Virus record (IMG/VR): IMGVR_UViG_3300032320_001009
Coordinates: 1 to 64,000 of that record
Direction: 5' to 3' (one strand)
Length of the DNA stretch: 64,000 nt
Source of the DNA: a virus
Taxonomy: Duplodnaviria > Caudoviricetes
Notes under the pieces: generated by a model
Told to the model about the DNA's origin: nothing
The model's input: the letters and a program-made list of their open reading frames with translations, nothing else
Databases searched by the model: none
Position numbers and translations under genes: made by a program
Shown here: positions 20,226 to 29,096 of the stretch, one piece after another
Layout of the letters: each line of letters opens with the position of its first letter
Numbering within the stretch: the first letter of the stretch is position 1

Positions 20226-21458
20226 ATGCCCATAACACGACTTGGTTTAGCAAACCCTGCTGCTAATACATTGACTACTCTTGCTACAGCAGACAAGGGG
20301 TATGTAGCCTCTGTAATTATTGCAAATAAAAACAATCAAACTGTTACCAGCACTATTTACATAGTGCCAACAGGAGCATCTTTCACTGACCCTACTGCTG
20401 CTACTATTGTTAAAGACCTAGCAATTGGTGCAGGACAGTCTTTTGAAACCTTTAGATTTGCATTAAATGTTGGAGACAGCATTCAAGTAATAGGCAATAC
20501 CGCTGGACTGTCTTATTCTGTTACTGCTGCCTACGAAACTGACGGTCGTCAATACGTAAACTATTCTGCAAATGCTCCTGATAATCCTCAAATAGGAAAT
20601 CTATGGATTAAAACAAACAACACTGTTTCTTTTTGGAATGGAAGTATTTGGGTTGACTCTATTACTTCTGGTCCAACTGGTCCTACAGGACCTGTTGGTG
20701 CAGCAAGTAACGTAACTGGACCTACTGGTGCAACAGGACCTTCAGGTGGACCAATTGGGCCAACTGGACCAACAGGTGCTACTGGAGCACCAGGAGTATC
20801 CATTACAGGACCTACTGGACCAGGCTCTACTATTCCAGGACCAACAGGACCAACAGGACCTTCAGGTGGACCAATCGGACCTACAGGTCCTACAGGAACA
20901 GAGGGACCTACTGGACCTACTGGTGCGACAGGGGCTGCCTCTAACGTAACTGGACCTACAGGACCTACAGGCCCATCTGGTGGACCAATTGGACCTACAG
21001 GTCCAACAGGACCTTCAGGTGCTGCTTCAACTGTAACAGGACCTACAGGACCTACAGGACCTGCTGGTGCAGCCTCTACTGTAACTGGCCCTACAGGTTC
21101 AACGGGTAATGCAGGACCTACTGGACCTACTGGACCTATTGGCTTGTCAGTTATTGAAAACTACAACGTAACAAATAGCGGTGCATCTGCATACACCATC
21201 AATGGTGCAAGCAATCCAACGCTCACCCTTGTGCGTAACCAGACATACTTCTTTACGGTGAATGCTTCAGGACATCCATTCTGGATAAAGACTGCTGCAA
21301 CTACAGGAACTGGAGACCAGTACAACACTGGTGTAACCAATAACGGAGACGACGTTGGTGGAATTACCTTCACCGTTCCTGCTGGTGCTCCAAACACGCT
21401 GTACTACATCTGTCAGTTACACTCTTCAATGCAAGGAACTATCAATATAATCGGGTAA
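20226..21458 (+). CDS. collagen-like fibre protein 2 with C-terminal cupredoxin-like (type-1 copper motif) domain
   Basis: GPT-rich repeats at about 20670-21140. C-terminal GHPFWI ... [12 protein letters not shown] gives His + Cys-X2-His-X2-Met. Confidence 0.85.
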   Translation: MPITRLGLANPAANTLTTLATADKGYVASVIIANKNNQTVTSTIYIVPTGASFTDPTAATIVKDLAIGAGQSFETFRFALNVGDSIQVIGNTAGLSYSVTAAYETDGRQYVNYSANAPDNPQIGNLWIKTNNTVSFWNGSIWVDSITSGPTGPTGPVGAASNVTGPTGATGPSGGPIGPTGPTGATGAPGVSITGPTGPGSTIPGPTGPTGPSGGPIGPTGPTGTEGPTGPTGATGAASNVTGPTGPTGPSGGPIGPTGPTGPSGAASTVTGPTGPTGPAGAASTVTGPTGSTGNAGPTGPTGPIGLSVIENYNVTNSGASAYTINGASNPTLTLVRNQTYFFTVNASGHPFWIKTAATTGTGDQYNTGVTNNGDDVGGITFTVPAGAPNTLYYICQLHSSMQGTINIIG

Positions 21459-21482
21459 CACTAATTAGGAGCACAAATTCGG

Positions 21483-22532
21483 ATGAAGATAGCCGTATAC
21501 AGCATCGCCCTAAACGAGTCACAGTTTGTTCAACGTTGGTATGAATCTGCTAAAGAAGCAGACTACATTCTTTTGGCAGACACAGGCTCTACTGACGATA
21601 CTAAAGAAGTTGCACGTAGCCTAGGAATCCAAGTAGTTGAACTTTCAATTAAACCCTGGCGATTTGACGATGCACGTAATGCTTCTTTAGCGCATATCCC
21701 ATTAGACATCGACTATTGCATTGCCTTAGATGTGGATGAAGTTCTGGCTCCAGGGTGGAGACAACATCTCGAAGCAACCCCTAAAGAAGTTACAAGACCA
21801 CGATACAAATACACCTGGTCTTGGAATGATGACGGGTCTGAAGGTCTTGTTTACGGCGGAGATAAAATCCATGCTCGTCAAGGTTACCGTTGGAAGCACC
21901 CTGTACACGAAGTACTCAACAGTTACCTCATCCCAGAAGTTCAAGGTTGGATTGGCTTAGAGATTCACCATCACCCAGATAATTCAAAATCTCGTGGGCA
22001 ATACTTCCCAATGCTAGAGATGGCAACTGCGGAAGACCCAGAGGATGACCGTAACGCTCATTACTTAGGGCGAGAGTATTACTTCCAAGGAATGTGCGAT
22101 AAGGCTAAAGAAGAATTGCAACGCCATCTTTCTTTAAAAAGAGCACAGTGGAAACCAGAGCGTGCTGCTTCTATGCGCTACATTGCTAAATGTTCACAGG
22201 GACTAGAGCGGGAACGATGGTTAAAAAATGCTGCGACAGAATGCCCAGAGGGACGTGAGTCTTGGGTTGAACTGGCAGAGTATTACTACGAGCAGCAGAT
22301 GTGGGCAGAGTGTTATCAAACTTCTTTAAAGGCGTTGGAGATAAAAGAGAAACCACTGCAGTATCTCAACGACCCTAAAGCCTGGGGTTCATTGCCGTAT
22401 GACCTGGCAGCATTGGCTGCTCATCATTTAGGTTATAAAGAAGAAGCCCTGACTTTTGGGCAAGAAGCCCTTAACCTTAGTCCTACAGATTCCCGACTAC
22501 AAAAGAATCTTGAGTTCTATAAGGAGCCCTAA
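21483..22532 (+). CDS. family 2 glycosyltransferase with C-terminal TPR repeats
   Basis: KIAVYSIALNE, DTGSTDDT, RFDDARN, DXD motif DVDE, WKHPVHE, then TPR-like helices (HYLGREYY, ESWVELAEYYY, PYDLAALAAHHLG). Confidence 0.88.
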   Translation: MKIAVYSIALNESQFVQRWYESAKEADYILLADTGSTDDTKEVARSLGIQVVELSIKPWRFDDARNASLAHIPLDIDYCIALDVDEVLAPGWRQHLEATPKEVTRPRYKYTWSWNDDGSEGLVYGGDKIHARQGYRWKHPVHEVLNSYLIPEVQGWIGLEIHHHPDNSKSRGQYFPMLEMATAEDPEDDRNAHYLGREYYFQGMCDKAKEELQRHLSLKRAQWKPERAASMRYIAKCSQGLERERWLKNAATECPEGRESWVELAEYYYEQQMWAECYQTSLKALEIKEKPLQYLNDPKAWGSLPYDLAALAAHHLGYKEEALTFGQEALNLSPTDSRLQKNLEFYKEP

Positions 22533-23143
22533 TGCGTGGCAGTAGAATGCAAGGCCGTTTCAACATGGACTTCGAACAGAAGCGCATGTACGAAAGCATT
22601 AAAGAGGACCTTCAGCAACCCGTTGGTGTAGAGGTTGACTGGTTCCGTTGGCAAGAGTCTTACCTTGCTAACAACGTGACCACTGTAGTTGACGACATCT
22701 ACGATGTATCTAGCAATACCCCTGGGGAAGGTCGTCGTTGGATGCTCCCATTTAACATGCCTTGTATTACCGCCCAACTTGTTCGCGGTAGCAATGAGAT
22801 GAACGAACGCGGTTTCTACGTCGTAGACTCCTTACGCATTGTTCTTAACGTCGGAGATGTACAGCGTTTGATTCCAGACATGCTGGTAAACCCTGACAAA
22901 AATATCAAGGACCGTATACTTTATAGAGGAAACGTCTTTACTCCATCTCGCGTTTTACCTCGCGGTCATTTTGGTTATAACTGGGCAGTTGTAACTATTG
23001 AATGTACTGAGGTTAATTCAGATGAATTAATTAATGACCCGCAGTTTAAGCAGTACGCCCTAAAAGCAGCCAAAGACTGGGTTGAACCAGACGAATTAGA
23101 GTATGGTGCAGGGCAATTTGGTACGGAAGGGTACGGAAGATAA
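22532..23143 (+). CDS. hypothetical structural protein (possible head-closure/connector)
   Basis: TAATG-coupled to the glycosyltransferase gene, beta-rich, 203 aa. Confidence 0.55.
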   Translation: MRGSRMQGRFNMDFEQKRMYESIKEDLQQPVGVEVDWFRWQESYLANNVTTVVDDIYDVSSNTPGEGRRWMLPFNMPCITAQLVRGSNEMNERGFYVVDSLRIVLNVGDVQRLIPDMLVNPDKNIKDRILYRGNVFTPSRVLPRGHFGYNWAVVTIECTEVNSDELINDPQFKQYALKAAKDWVEPDELEYGAGQFGTEGYGR

Positions 23144-23145
23144 TC

Positions 23146-24366
23146 ATGCCACTTAATAAACCACGCAGAGGCGATTTAGATTGGGACGTTGCTCTTAATG
23201 CGTCTCTTGATTATTTAGATGGCAAATTAGGAACTACTGGTGCAACTGGACCAACTGGTCCACTAGGTGCAACAGGACCAACTGGGGCTACAGGGCCAGC
23301 GTCTACAGTGCAAGGCCCATCAGGTCCAACTGGTGCACAAGGTCCTGCTGGTGCAGGTGGTGCTCAAGGTAATATTGGTGCAACAGGTCCGACAGGGCCA
23401 CAGGGACCAACAGGTCCGACAGGTGCTACAGGTTTAACTGGAGCAACAGGTGCAGCAAGTACAGTTACAGGACCTACAGGTGCACGAGGTGCTACGGGAC
23501 CTACAGGTGCAACTGGTCAAGGAATCCAGATATTAGATGCACACGCTACTTACAATGAATTTATTGCAGAACACCCAACTGGTGCAGCAGGTGATGCACA
23601 CATTGTTGGCGGAAGTCTTTACGTCTGGAACATTGAATCATCTACTTGGGTTAACTCTGGAAATCTTTTAGGGCCAACTGGTGCTACTGGTTTAACAGGA
23701 GCCACAGGTCCTACTGGAGCAACTGGAACAACAGGAACAACTGGTTCACAAGGTCCAACAGGACCAACTGGTGCTACTGGGTTAACAGGTGCAGTTGGAG
23801 CAACAGGACCACAAGGTCTTGTAGGGCCAACTGGTGCACAAGGTATTCAAGGTAATGGTGGTCCAACAGGGCCAACAGGTGCTGCTGGTGCAGCAAGCAC
23901 AGTGACTGGACCAACAGGTCCTACTGGTGCTGCTTCTACTGTAGCGGGTCCAACAGGCCCTACTGGTGCAACAGGCCCTGCTCCATCAAAACAAGCATAT
24001 TCAGCAACTTGGTCAGGAACAGGTCTTGCATTTACTGGAACTCCAGTTACCGCAAATTACCAAGTAACTGGTGACCAAGTTCAAGTAAGCATTTCCTGTG
24101 TTATGACTACTGTTACTAACTTTGGTACAGGACAATACTCAATAACTCTCCCAGTTGCACCAAATTCTGCACCTTTAATTCGTGGAACTTTAACTGTTGG
24201 TTCTAACCTCTATAACCTAGTAGGTATTGCAACTCCTGGTTCAACAACTATGACGCTTTGGTATTGGTCAGGTAACCCAGTACAAGCCACATCTTTTGAC
24301 CACAATAGTCCAGCAAACTTGAATACTTCTTCAAAGTTTGACCTATACGGAAGTTATCTTAAGTAA
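23146..24366 (+). CDS. collagen-like fibre protein 3 with C-terminal beta-sandwich head
   Basis: Two GPT/GAT runs separated by a [14 protein letters not shown] spacer. C-terminal [19 protein letters not shown]...YSITLP domain resembles fibre-tip trimerisation/head domains. Confidence 0.85.
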   Translation: MPLNKPRRGDLDWDVALNASLDYLDGKLGTTGATGPTGPLGATGPTGATGPASTVQGPSGPTGAQGPAGAGGAQGNIGATGPTGPQGPTGPTGATGLTGATGAASTVTGPTGARGATGPTGATGQGIQILDAHATYNEFIAEHPTGAAGDAHIVGGSLYVWNIESSTWVNSGNLLGPTGATGLTGATGPTGATGTTGTTGSQGPTGPTGATGLTGAVGATGPQGLVGPTGAQGIQGNGGPTGPTGAAGAASTVTGPTGPTGAASTVAGPTGPTGATGPAPSKQAYSATWSGTGLAFTGTPVTANYQVTGDQVQVSISCVMTTVTNFGTGQYSITLPVAPNSAPLIRGTLTVGSNLYNLVGIATPGSTTMTLWYWSGNPVQATSFDHNSPANLNTSSKFDLYGSYLK

Positions 24367-24509
24367 TGCCATTTAAATCAGAAGCACAGCGTCGTTTAAT
24401 GTGGGCTAAAGACCCAAAGATGGCAAAGGAATGGGAATCTAAAACCCCTAAAGGTAAACAACTTCCAGAAAAGGTAAAGAAAAATGGCAGAAAAAAAGAA
24501 GGACGTTAA
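24366..24509 (+). CDS. 47-aa basic peptide ([31 protein letters not shown]...)
   Basis: Not in ORF track. ATG overlaps the previous stop (TAATG); stop TAA 24507-24509. Confidence 0.65.
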   Translation: MPFKSEAQRRLMWAKDPKMAKEWESKTPKGKQLPEKVKKNGRKKEGR

Positions 24510-24744
24510 GCCAGAAAAGCCAGTAACTCTTGCAATTGGAGTACCTGGGAAAAAGGCTCATGTAACCCATAAGGTTTCAAAGAACAAGAAGGGCGACGTT
24601 GTAGTCGAGCACACCAACGTCAAACTAAAGAAATACGACAAGATTAATCTCACTGAAAAGGCTGGGGTTAAGAACGTCAAACAAGGCGTGAAAGCAGTAC
24701 AGTCATACCATAAGCAAAACCCGCATAGGAAGCAAGGTCGATAA
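24484..24744 (+). CDS. 86-aa Lys-rich basic protein
   Basis: ORF track; SD-like AAAGG/AAAGAA upstream. Confidence 0.7.
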   Translation: MAEKKKDVKPEKPVTLAIGVPGKKAHVTHKVSKNKKGDVVVEHTNVKLKKYDKINLTEKAGVKNVKQGVKAVQSYHKQNPHRKQGR

Positions 24745-24902
24745 TGAACGCAGAACAAAAGGCAGCAGCAATCGCTGTTCTAAAAGAAGAAATTGAAAAC
24801 GCAACCACTCGCAATCTTGATGAGCGTATGCAGGAGCGTATCCAGCAAGCCATCGAAGAGATTGAGCGCATGGAGACAACCGAAGAAACTCCAGCGGAGT
24901 AG
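24744..24902 (+). CDS. 52-aa acidic helical peptide
   Basis: TAATG coupling; MNAEQKAAAIAVLKEEIENATTRNLDERMQERIQQAIEEIERMETTEETPAE. Confidence 0.6.
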   Translation: MNAEQKAAAIAVLKEEIENATTRNLDERMQERIQQAIEEIERMETTEETPAE

Positions 24903-24904
24903 CC

Positions 24905-25048
24905 ATGGCAAAAGACACTAACCCATGCTGGGACGGATACGTCCAAGTGGGATTTAAGAACAAGAACGGTAAGAAAGTACCAAACTGTGTTCCCGAAGGT
25001 TCAGGCAAAAAGAAAGTATCCAAACCAAAGAAAGTAGGTAAAAAGTAA
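24905..25048 (+). CDS. 47-aa basic peptide with CWxGY...VPNCV motif
   Basis: MAKDTNPCWDGYVQVGFKNKNGKKVPNCVPEGSGKKKVSKPKKVGKK. I recognise the motif as recurrent in environmental phage proteins. Confidence 0.7.
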   Translation: MAKDTNPCWDGYVQVGFKNKNGKKVPNCVPEGSGKKKVSKPKKVGKK

Positions 25049-25218
25049 TGTGTGCAGCATGTGGATGTGGAAAGAAAAAGGGCGAGCCAGGTTTTGGCAA
25101 GGGTCCTAAGAAGAAGGCACTTTCTCCAAAGCAGTCAAAGATTGCAGGTGCAGCAGCACCTACAGACAAGATTGACGGCAAAGATTTCAAGGCTCTAAAG
25201 GCAAAGAAGAAGAAGTAA
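25048..25218 (+). CDS. 56-aa Lys-rich peptide with N-terminal CxxCxC
   Basis: TAATG coupling; MCAACGCGKKKGEPGFGKGPKKK...DFKALKAKKKK. Confidence 0.65.
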   Translation: MCAACGCGKKKGEPGFGKGPKKKALSPKQSKIAGAAAPTDKIDGKDFKALKAKKKK

Positions 25219-25322
25219 TGTGTGCTTCATGTGGGTGCAAGTGCACCAAGACTAAGGCAATGAAAGGCTGCAAGTGCCAGTGCAATACTTGCAAAGTAGC
25301 CCGTTCAGGAAAGGGTAAGTAA
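25218..25322 (+). CDS. 34-aa Cys/Lys-rich metallothionein-like peptide
   Basis: TAATG coupling on both sides; MCASCGCKCTKTKAMKGCKCQCNTCKVARSGKGK (8 Cys). Confidence 0.6.
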   Translation: MCASCGCKCTKTKAMKGCKCQCNTCKVARSGKGK

Positions 25323-25585
25323 TGGCAAAGCCACTTCCTTACAATAAGAAGAACGACACAAAGCAAGACCGTCAGACAACTAAAGGCTTGGACAAAGAAG
25401 AAAAAGCCAAGTTTGAGAAGATGGACAAGAAGCACCGTAAGCCAAAGAACCAGGCAGATGACCGTCGTATGGACGAAGCCAATGTTCGTAAAATCAAGGC
25501 TATGGATAAGCGTCATGAAGCCCGTGAGGGTAAGAAGGGCGAAAAGGCTGAGGACAAGAGAGAACTCAAAGCCAAAAAGAAGTAA
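25322..25585 (+). CDS. 87-aa highly charged (K/D/E/R) protein
   Basis: ORF track; TAATG-coupled; last gene before the terminator. Confidence 0.7.
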   Translation: MAKPLPYNKKNDTKQDRQTTKGLDKEEKAKFEKMDKKHRKPKNQADDRRMDEANVRKIKAMDKRHEAREGKKGEKAEDKRELKAKKK

Positions 25586-25591
25586 TGAGTT

Positions 25592-25626
25592 AAGCCCCCG
25601 TAGTTATTACGGGGGCTTTATTCTTT
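25592..25626 (+). terminator. intrinsic terminator
   Basis: AAGCCCCCGTA-GTTAT-TACGGGGGCTT (25592-25618) followed by TATTCTTT. Confidence 0.75.
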
Positions 25627-25700
25627 AAGCAGTAATTGACATGCGGTCTTTTACTGCTTTATTTGCTGATTGTTTTGCCTAGCCCTAGGGGGTCTTACCC

Positions 25701-25892
25701 ATGTCTACACCATGGTACGAGCAGATTAGTGATATTCACTCTGCTAATGAGCGTGATGAATTCGTCAAGGGAATGTACGGTATTCGACCAAATAGTCAGC
25801 ACACTTTCTTAGTTGGATTGCTTGCTGGATATTTCGGAACCAAGTACGCAACCAAAGCGATATTTAAGAAGTCACGCTATGACAGCCGTTGA
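25701..25892 (+). CDS. small hypothetical protein with one hydrophobic segment
   Basis: 63-aa ORF opening the tail operon. Confidence 0.5.
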   Translation: MSTPWYEQISDIHSANERDEFVKGMYGIRPNSQHTFLVGLLAGYFGTKYATKAIFKKSRYDSR

Positions 25893-26196
25893 TTTCCGCC
25901 AGGTATTACATCAAGCAGCAACTGACACAGCGAAGGTAATGACTTCGCAACTCCGTAGTGAGTGCATCGCAAGTGGATGGCCTCCACAGGTTGCAAACAA
26001 GATGAAGGTCAAGTATTCAGGCAACAAATTAGTTGTGGACATTCCTGCATCAATAAAGACAGAAGCCGACAATCTTGAGTACGGCAGCCCATCTATTCAA
26101 CTAACTGCTGCAATTCGACGTTTTGGAAACCGCCCAGAAATGGGTGAAAGTTTCCTATTGAAACGAGCAGCACAACTTATGAAGGGCAAACTATGA
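25879..26196 (+). CDS. putative neck/tail completion protein
   Basis: ATG 25879 in frame with ORF 25813..26196; LEYGS motif; position before the tail terminator. Confidence 0.5.
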   Translation: MTAVDFRQVLHQAATDTAKVMTSQLRSECIASGWPPQVANKMKVKYSGNKLVVDIPASIKTEADNLEYGSPSIQLTAAIRRFGNRPEMGESFLLKRAAQLMKGKL

Positions 26197-26852
26197 CACT
26201 AGGCCCGCTATTTTTATCTGAAGACGCTGCTCTAAAAGAACTTCTCAAAGGCATCGTGGTTACTGACCAACGAGCAAATGCTGAAGGCGAAAACCGTCCT
26301 GTGAAGGTGTGGTTTGGTATGCCTGACCAAGAACTCAGAGACCAGACTTACCCATACATCACTATTGACATGATTGATGTTGCTGAAGACCGTGCTCGTG
26401 CAACCCGTGGATTTTTAGATGGAACTTACGATAGTGCATACCTTCGCCCATCTAACGCAACTGCTGGATTGAAGATAGACACACCCATTCCAATCTACAT
26501 TGATTATCAAATTACAACGTATGCTCGTAACCCACGGCATGACCGACAGATTTTGAGTGACCTCTTGTTTACAAGACTGCCACTCAGATTTGGTGCATTA
26601 CTTCCAGCCGACGACACAGTTCGTCGTTTGGATGTGTTAGATGTAGCCAAACGCGACACAGTTGAACAGGCAAAGCGTCTGTTCATCAATGCAATAACAG
26701 TGCGTGTTTCAAGTGAAATGCCACTTACCCAATATAAAGAACTCTACAAGGTGCAAACAGTAATAACTTCGGGACCCCCTCTTCTTCGTCGTGGTGGCGA
26801 ATTTGTGGGTGTCGATAGGTTCACAATTACGCAACAAACAGGTCAAAACTAA
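26193..26852 (+). CDS. putative tail terminator / sheath stabiliser
   Basis: Directly upstream of sheath; YPYITI motif and DYQITTYAR. Confidence 0.6.
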   Translation: MTLGPLFLSEDAALKELLKGIVVTDQRANAEGENRPVKVWFGMPDQELRDQTYPYITIDMIDVAEDRARATRGFLDGTYDSAYLRPSNATAGLKIDTPIPIYIDYQITTYARNPRHDRQILSDLLFTRLPLRFGALLPADDTVRRLDVLDVAKRDTVEQAKRLFINAITVRVSSEMPLTQYKELYKVQTVITSGPPLLRRGGEFVGVDRFTITQQTGQN

Positions 26853-26874
26853 AAACTAGGTTAGGAGAAAAAAC

Positions 26875-28398
26875 ATGGCAGTTTATAACCGCCCAGGTAT
26901 TTACGTAAGTGAACGCCTATTAACTGCACCTATTGCTGCAGTTGGTACTTCTACCGCAGCAGGAGCAGTCGCTGCTCCTTTTGCGAGTGGACCAACTACA
27001 ACAACATTGGTGTCATCTTGGTACGAGTTTTCCAAGATTTTTGGAGGCTACAACGCCTCTTTTCCAGCAACTTTTGAAGTTGCAGCGTTCTTCCAAAACG
27101 GTGGACGTGAGTTATATGTAAAGCGCATTATCGCAGCAGATGCAATTGCAGCAGTTGTTGCAATTGGTCGTGCTTCTGGAGTAGGAAGCACTATCGAAGT
27201 AACAGCAAAGAACAAGGGCGCAGATGGTAACAACCTACGTGTCCGTTTGACAGCAGGTAATGCTGGAGCAGGTTACTACGACTTTGCTGTATACCGAGAA
27301 GGTGTAGCAGGAACAGCCGCTGATAACACTAACGACGTTCTTCTTGAGTCATACGAAAACATTGTTACAAACAGTGCTTCTTCTACTGACTACATCATGA
27401 CCGTTGTTAACATGGTGTCACAGTATGTAACAGTTAACGTTACAGACCTTGTGAATGCACCAAATGTGACATCAGTTTACCCACTTACAGGTGGTTCAAA
27501 CGGTTCAGCAGTTGCAATAACAGATTATCAATCAGCAACCCAAGGCGTTGTTGCAGCGTTTAGCACTATCGACCGACCATTGGTTATTTTTATGCCAGCA
27601 CTGGACGTTATCATCGGAGCAAACAACGCTAACACCTTCTATCTTGATGTAATTGGTTTTGCTGCAGCAGATGCAAAGCACTTCGTTGTAGCACAACCAC
27701 AAGCAGACCGCACTGTTGCCCAGGCTCTTACAATGGCAACTGCAATTGCTGGCTCAAGCCATGCTGCTGTCTACTACCCTCACTACTTCATCACTGACCC
27801 AGTTGGTCGTTCCGCAAGTGCAATCCGTAAGATTGGACCTTCAGGAGCAGTTGCTGGTCTTTACATGAACACCGATGCTACAACTGGTCCTTTCAAGGCT
27901 CCAGCAGGTATTGGAACAACTGTTCAAGGTGCTATTGCAGTAGAGAAGGTATTTACTTCAACAGAATTAGATAGCCTTAACGGTGCTTCTGCTCCAGTAA
28001 ATGCTATTCGTCAGATTCCAGGTGCAGGTATCTCAGTAATGGGTGCTCGTACTTTGAAGCAAGATGGAACAGCAAACAAGTATGTAAACATGCGTCGCTC
28101 ACTTATTTACTTACGTAAGAAGATAAGCGACCTCACTCAATTTGCACTATTCGAGAATAACGATGAGAAGTTGTGGGAACGTATTGACGCAGTTCTCGTC
28201 TCATTCTTGAATGAATACCGCAATCAAGGCGGTCTTCGTGGTGCAACTCCAGCAGACGCTTTCTTTGTAAAGTGCGATGCTGAAAATAACCCAGACAACC
28301 TGATTGCTCAAGGACAAGTTAACATCGAAGTTGGAGTTGCTCTGCAATATCCAGCCGAGTTTGTAATCATCACCTTAAGCCAGAAGACAGTAAACTAA
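26875..28398 (+). CDS. tail sheath protein
   Basis: RPGIYVSE N-terminus, AAFFQNGG, APAG, GARTL, YVNMRRSLIYL, FENNDEKLW, AFFVKCDAENN, VGVALQYPAEFV. Confidence 0.93.
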   Translation: MAVYNRPGIYVSERLLTAPIAAVGTSTAAGAVAAPFASGPTTTTLVSSWYEFSKIFGGYNASFPATFEVAAFFQNGGRELYVKRIIAADAIAAVVAIGRASGVGSTIEVTAKNKGADGNNLRVRLTAGNAGAGYYDFAVYREGVAGTAADNTNDVLLESYENIVTNSASSTDYIMTVVNMVSQYVTVNVTDLVNAPNVTSVYPLTGGSNGSAVAITDYQSATQGVVAAFSTIDRPLVIFMPALDVIIGANNANTFYLDVIGFAAADAKHFVVAQPQADRTVAQALTMATAIAGSSHAAVYYPHYFITDPVGRSASAIRKIGPSGAVAGLYMNTDATTGPFKAPAGIGTTVQGAIAVEKVFTSTELDSLNGASAPVNAIRQIPGAGISVMGARTLKQDGTANKYVNMRRSLIYLRKKISDLTQFALFENNDEKLWERIDAVLVSFLNEYRNQGGLRGATPADAFFVKCDAENNPDNLIAQGQVNIEVGVALQYPAEFVIITLSQKTVN

Positions 28399-28412
28399 GA
28401 AAGAAGGCATAA

Positions 28413-29072
28413 ATGGCTGACATCGTTTATCAGAATCGGTCGACTCTTGTAACCGACCCGATTCGCAATTTTAGGTTCCTTGTTTCGTTTGCTGCAACCG
28501 ATACAACCAGTTCATCTATAGGTGTTGCAACAGCAACCCTAGGATTTACTTCTGTATCAGGCTTGGCAGTGACAACAGACTCGATTCCTTACCGTGAAGG
28601 TGGATTCAACACCACTGTTCACCAAATTCCAGGACAGACCTCATTCCAACCAATCACACTACAAAATGGCGTGGTTATTGGAAAGAGCCAGAAGTGGGAC
28701 TGGATGCGTAATATGTTTGCAACCGTACAAGGCGGAGCACAACGAACACTTACAGCAGGATTCCGTTGCGATGTAACTATCAAAGTTCTCGCACACCCTG
28801 TCCCATTGCTAAGTGCAGCAGAAAAAGCAGGAACAGCAGATGTTGCAATGCAGTTCAAGGTGTATAACGCCTGGCCTACTGCTGTGGCATACTCTGACCT
28901 AAACGCTGGTGACAACTCTCTATTCGTAGAGCAGATGACTCTAGTACACGAAGGTTTTGACGCTTCATGGGCTAAGTGGTCCGCTGATGGCAAGACATTC
29001 ACACCTGCTGGCACAATTGGTGCTGCAGGAGCAGCACCTGCTGCTGCTACTGGTGGAGCAACACCAGTCTAA
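28413..29072 (+). CDS. tail tube protein (T4 gp19-like)
   Basis: DPIRNFRFLV, GFTSVSGL, IPYREGG, PGQTSFQPITL, FKVYNAWP, EQMTLVHEG. Confidence 0.9.
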   Translation: MADIVYQNRSTLVTDPIRNFRFLVSFAATDTTSSSIGVATATLGFTSVSGLAVTTDSIPYREGGFNTTVHQIPGQTSFQPITLQNGVVIGKSQKWDWMRNMFATVQGGAQRTLTAGFRCDVTIKVLAHPVPLLSAAEKAGTADVAMQFKVYNAWPTAVAYSDLNAGDNSLFVEQMTLVHEGFDASWAKWSADGKTFTPAGTIGAAGAAPAAATGGATPV

Positions 29073-29096
29073 ACACTTACAGAATAGGAACATAAA

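Noticed and set aside
9900-21397. Numerous minus-strand and alternate-frame ORFs (PVGPVGP..., QDQQDLQ...) within collagen and glycine-rich genes
   Set aside because: These are stop-poor shadows of low-complexity coding sequence.
9500-24000. Highly repetitive GGACCAACTGG/GGACCTACAGG DNA resembling a CRISPR or tandem array
   Set aside because: The repeats are the 9-nt periodic coding of Gly-Pro-Thr triplets with synonymous variation, with no constant repeat/unique spacer structure.
25627-25659. TTGACA inside an AAGCAGTAA/TTACTGCTT inverted repeat as the tail-operon promoter
   Set aside because: No TANNNT -10 at 16-18 nt spacing, so function could not be supported.
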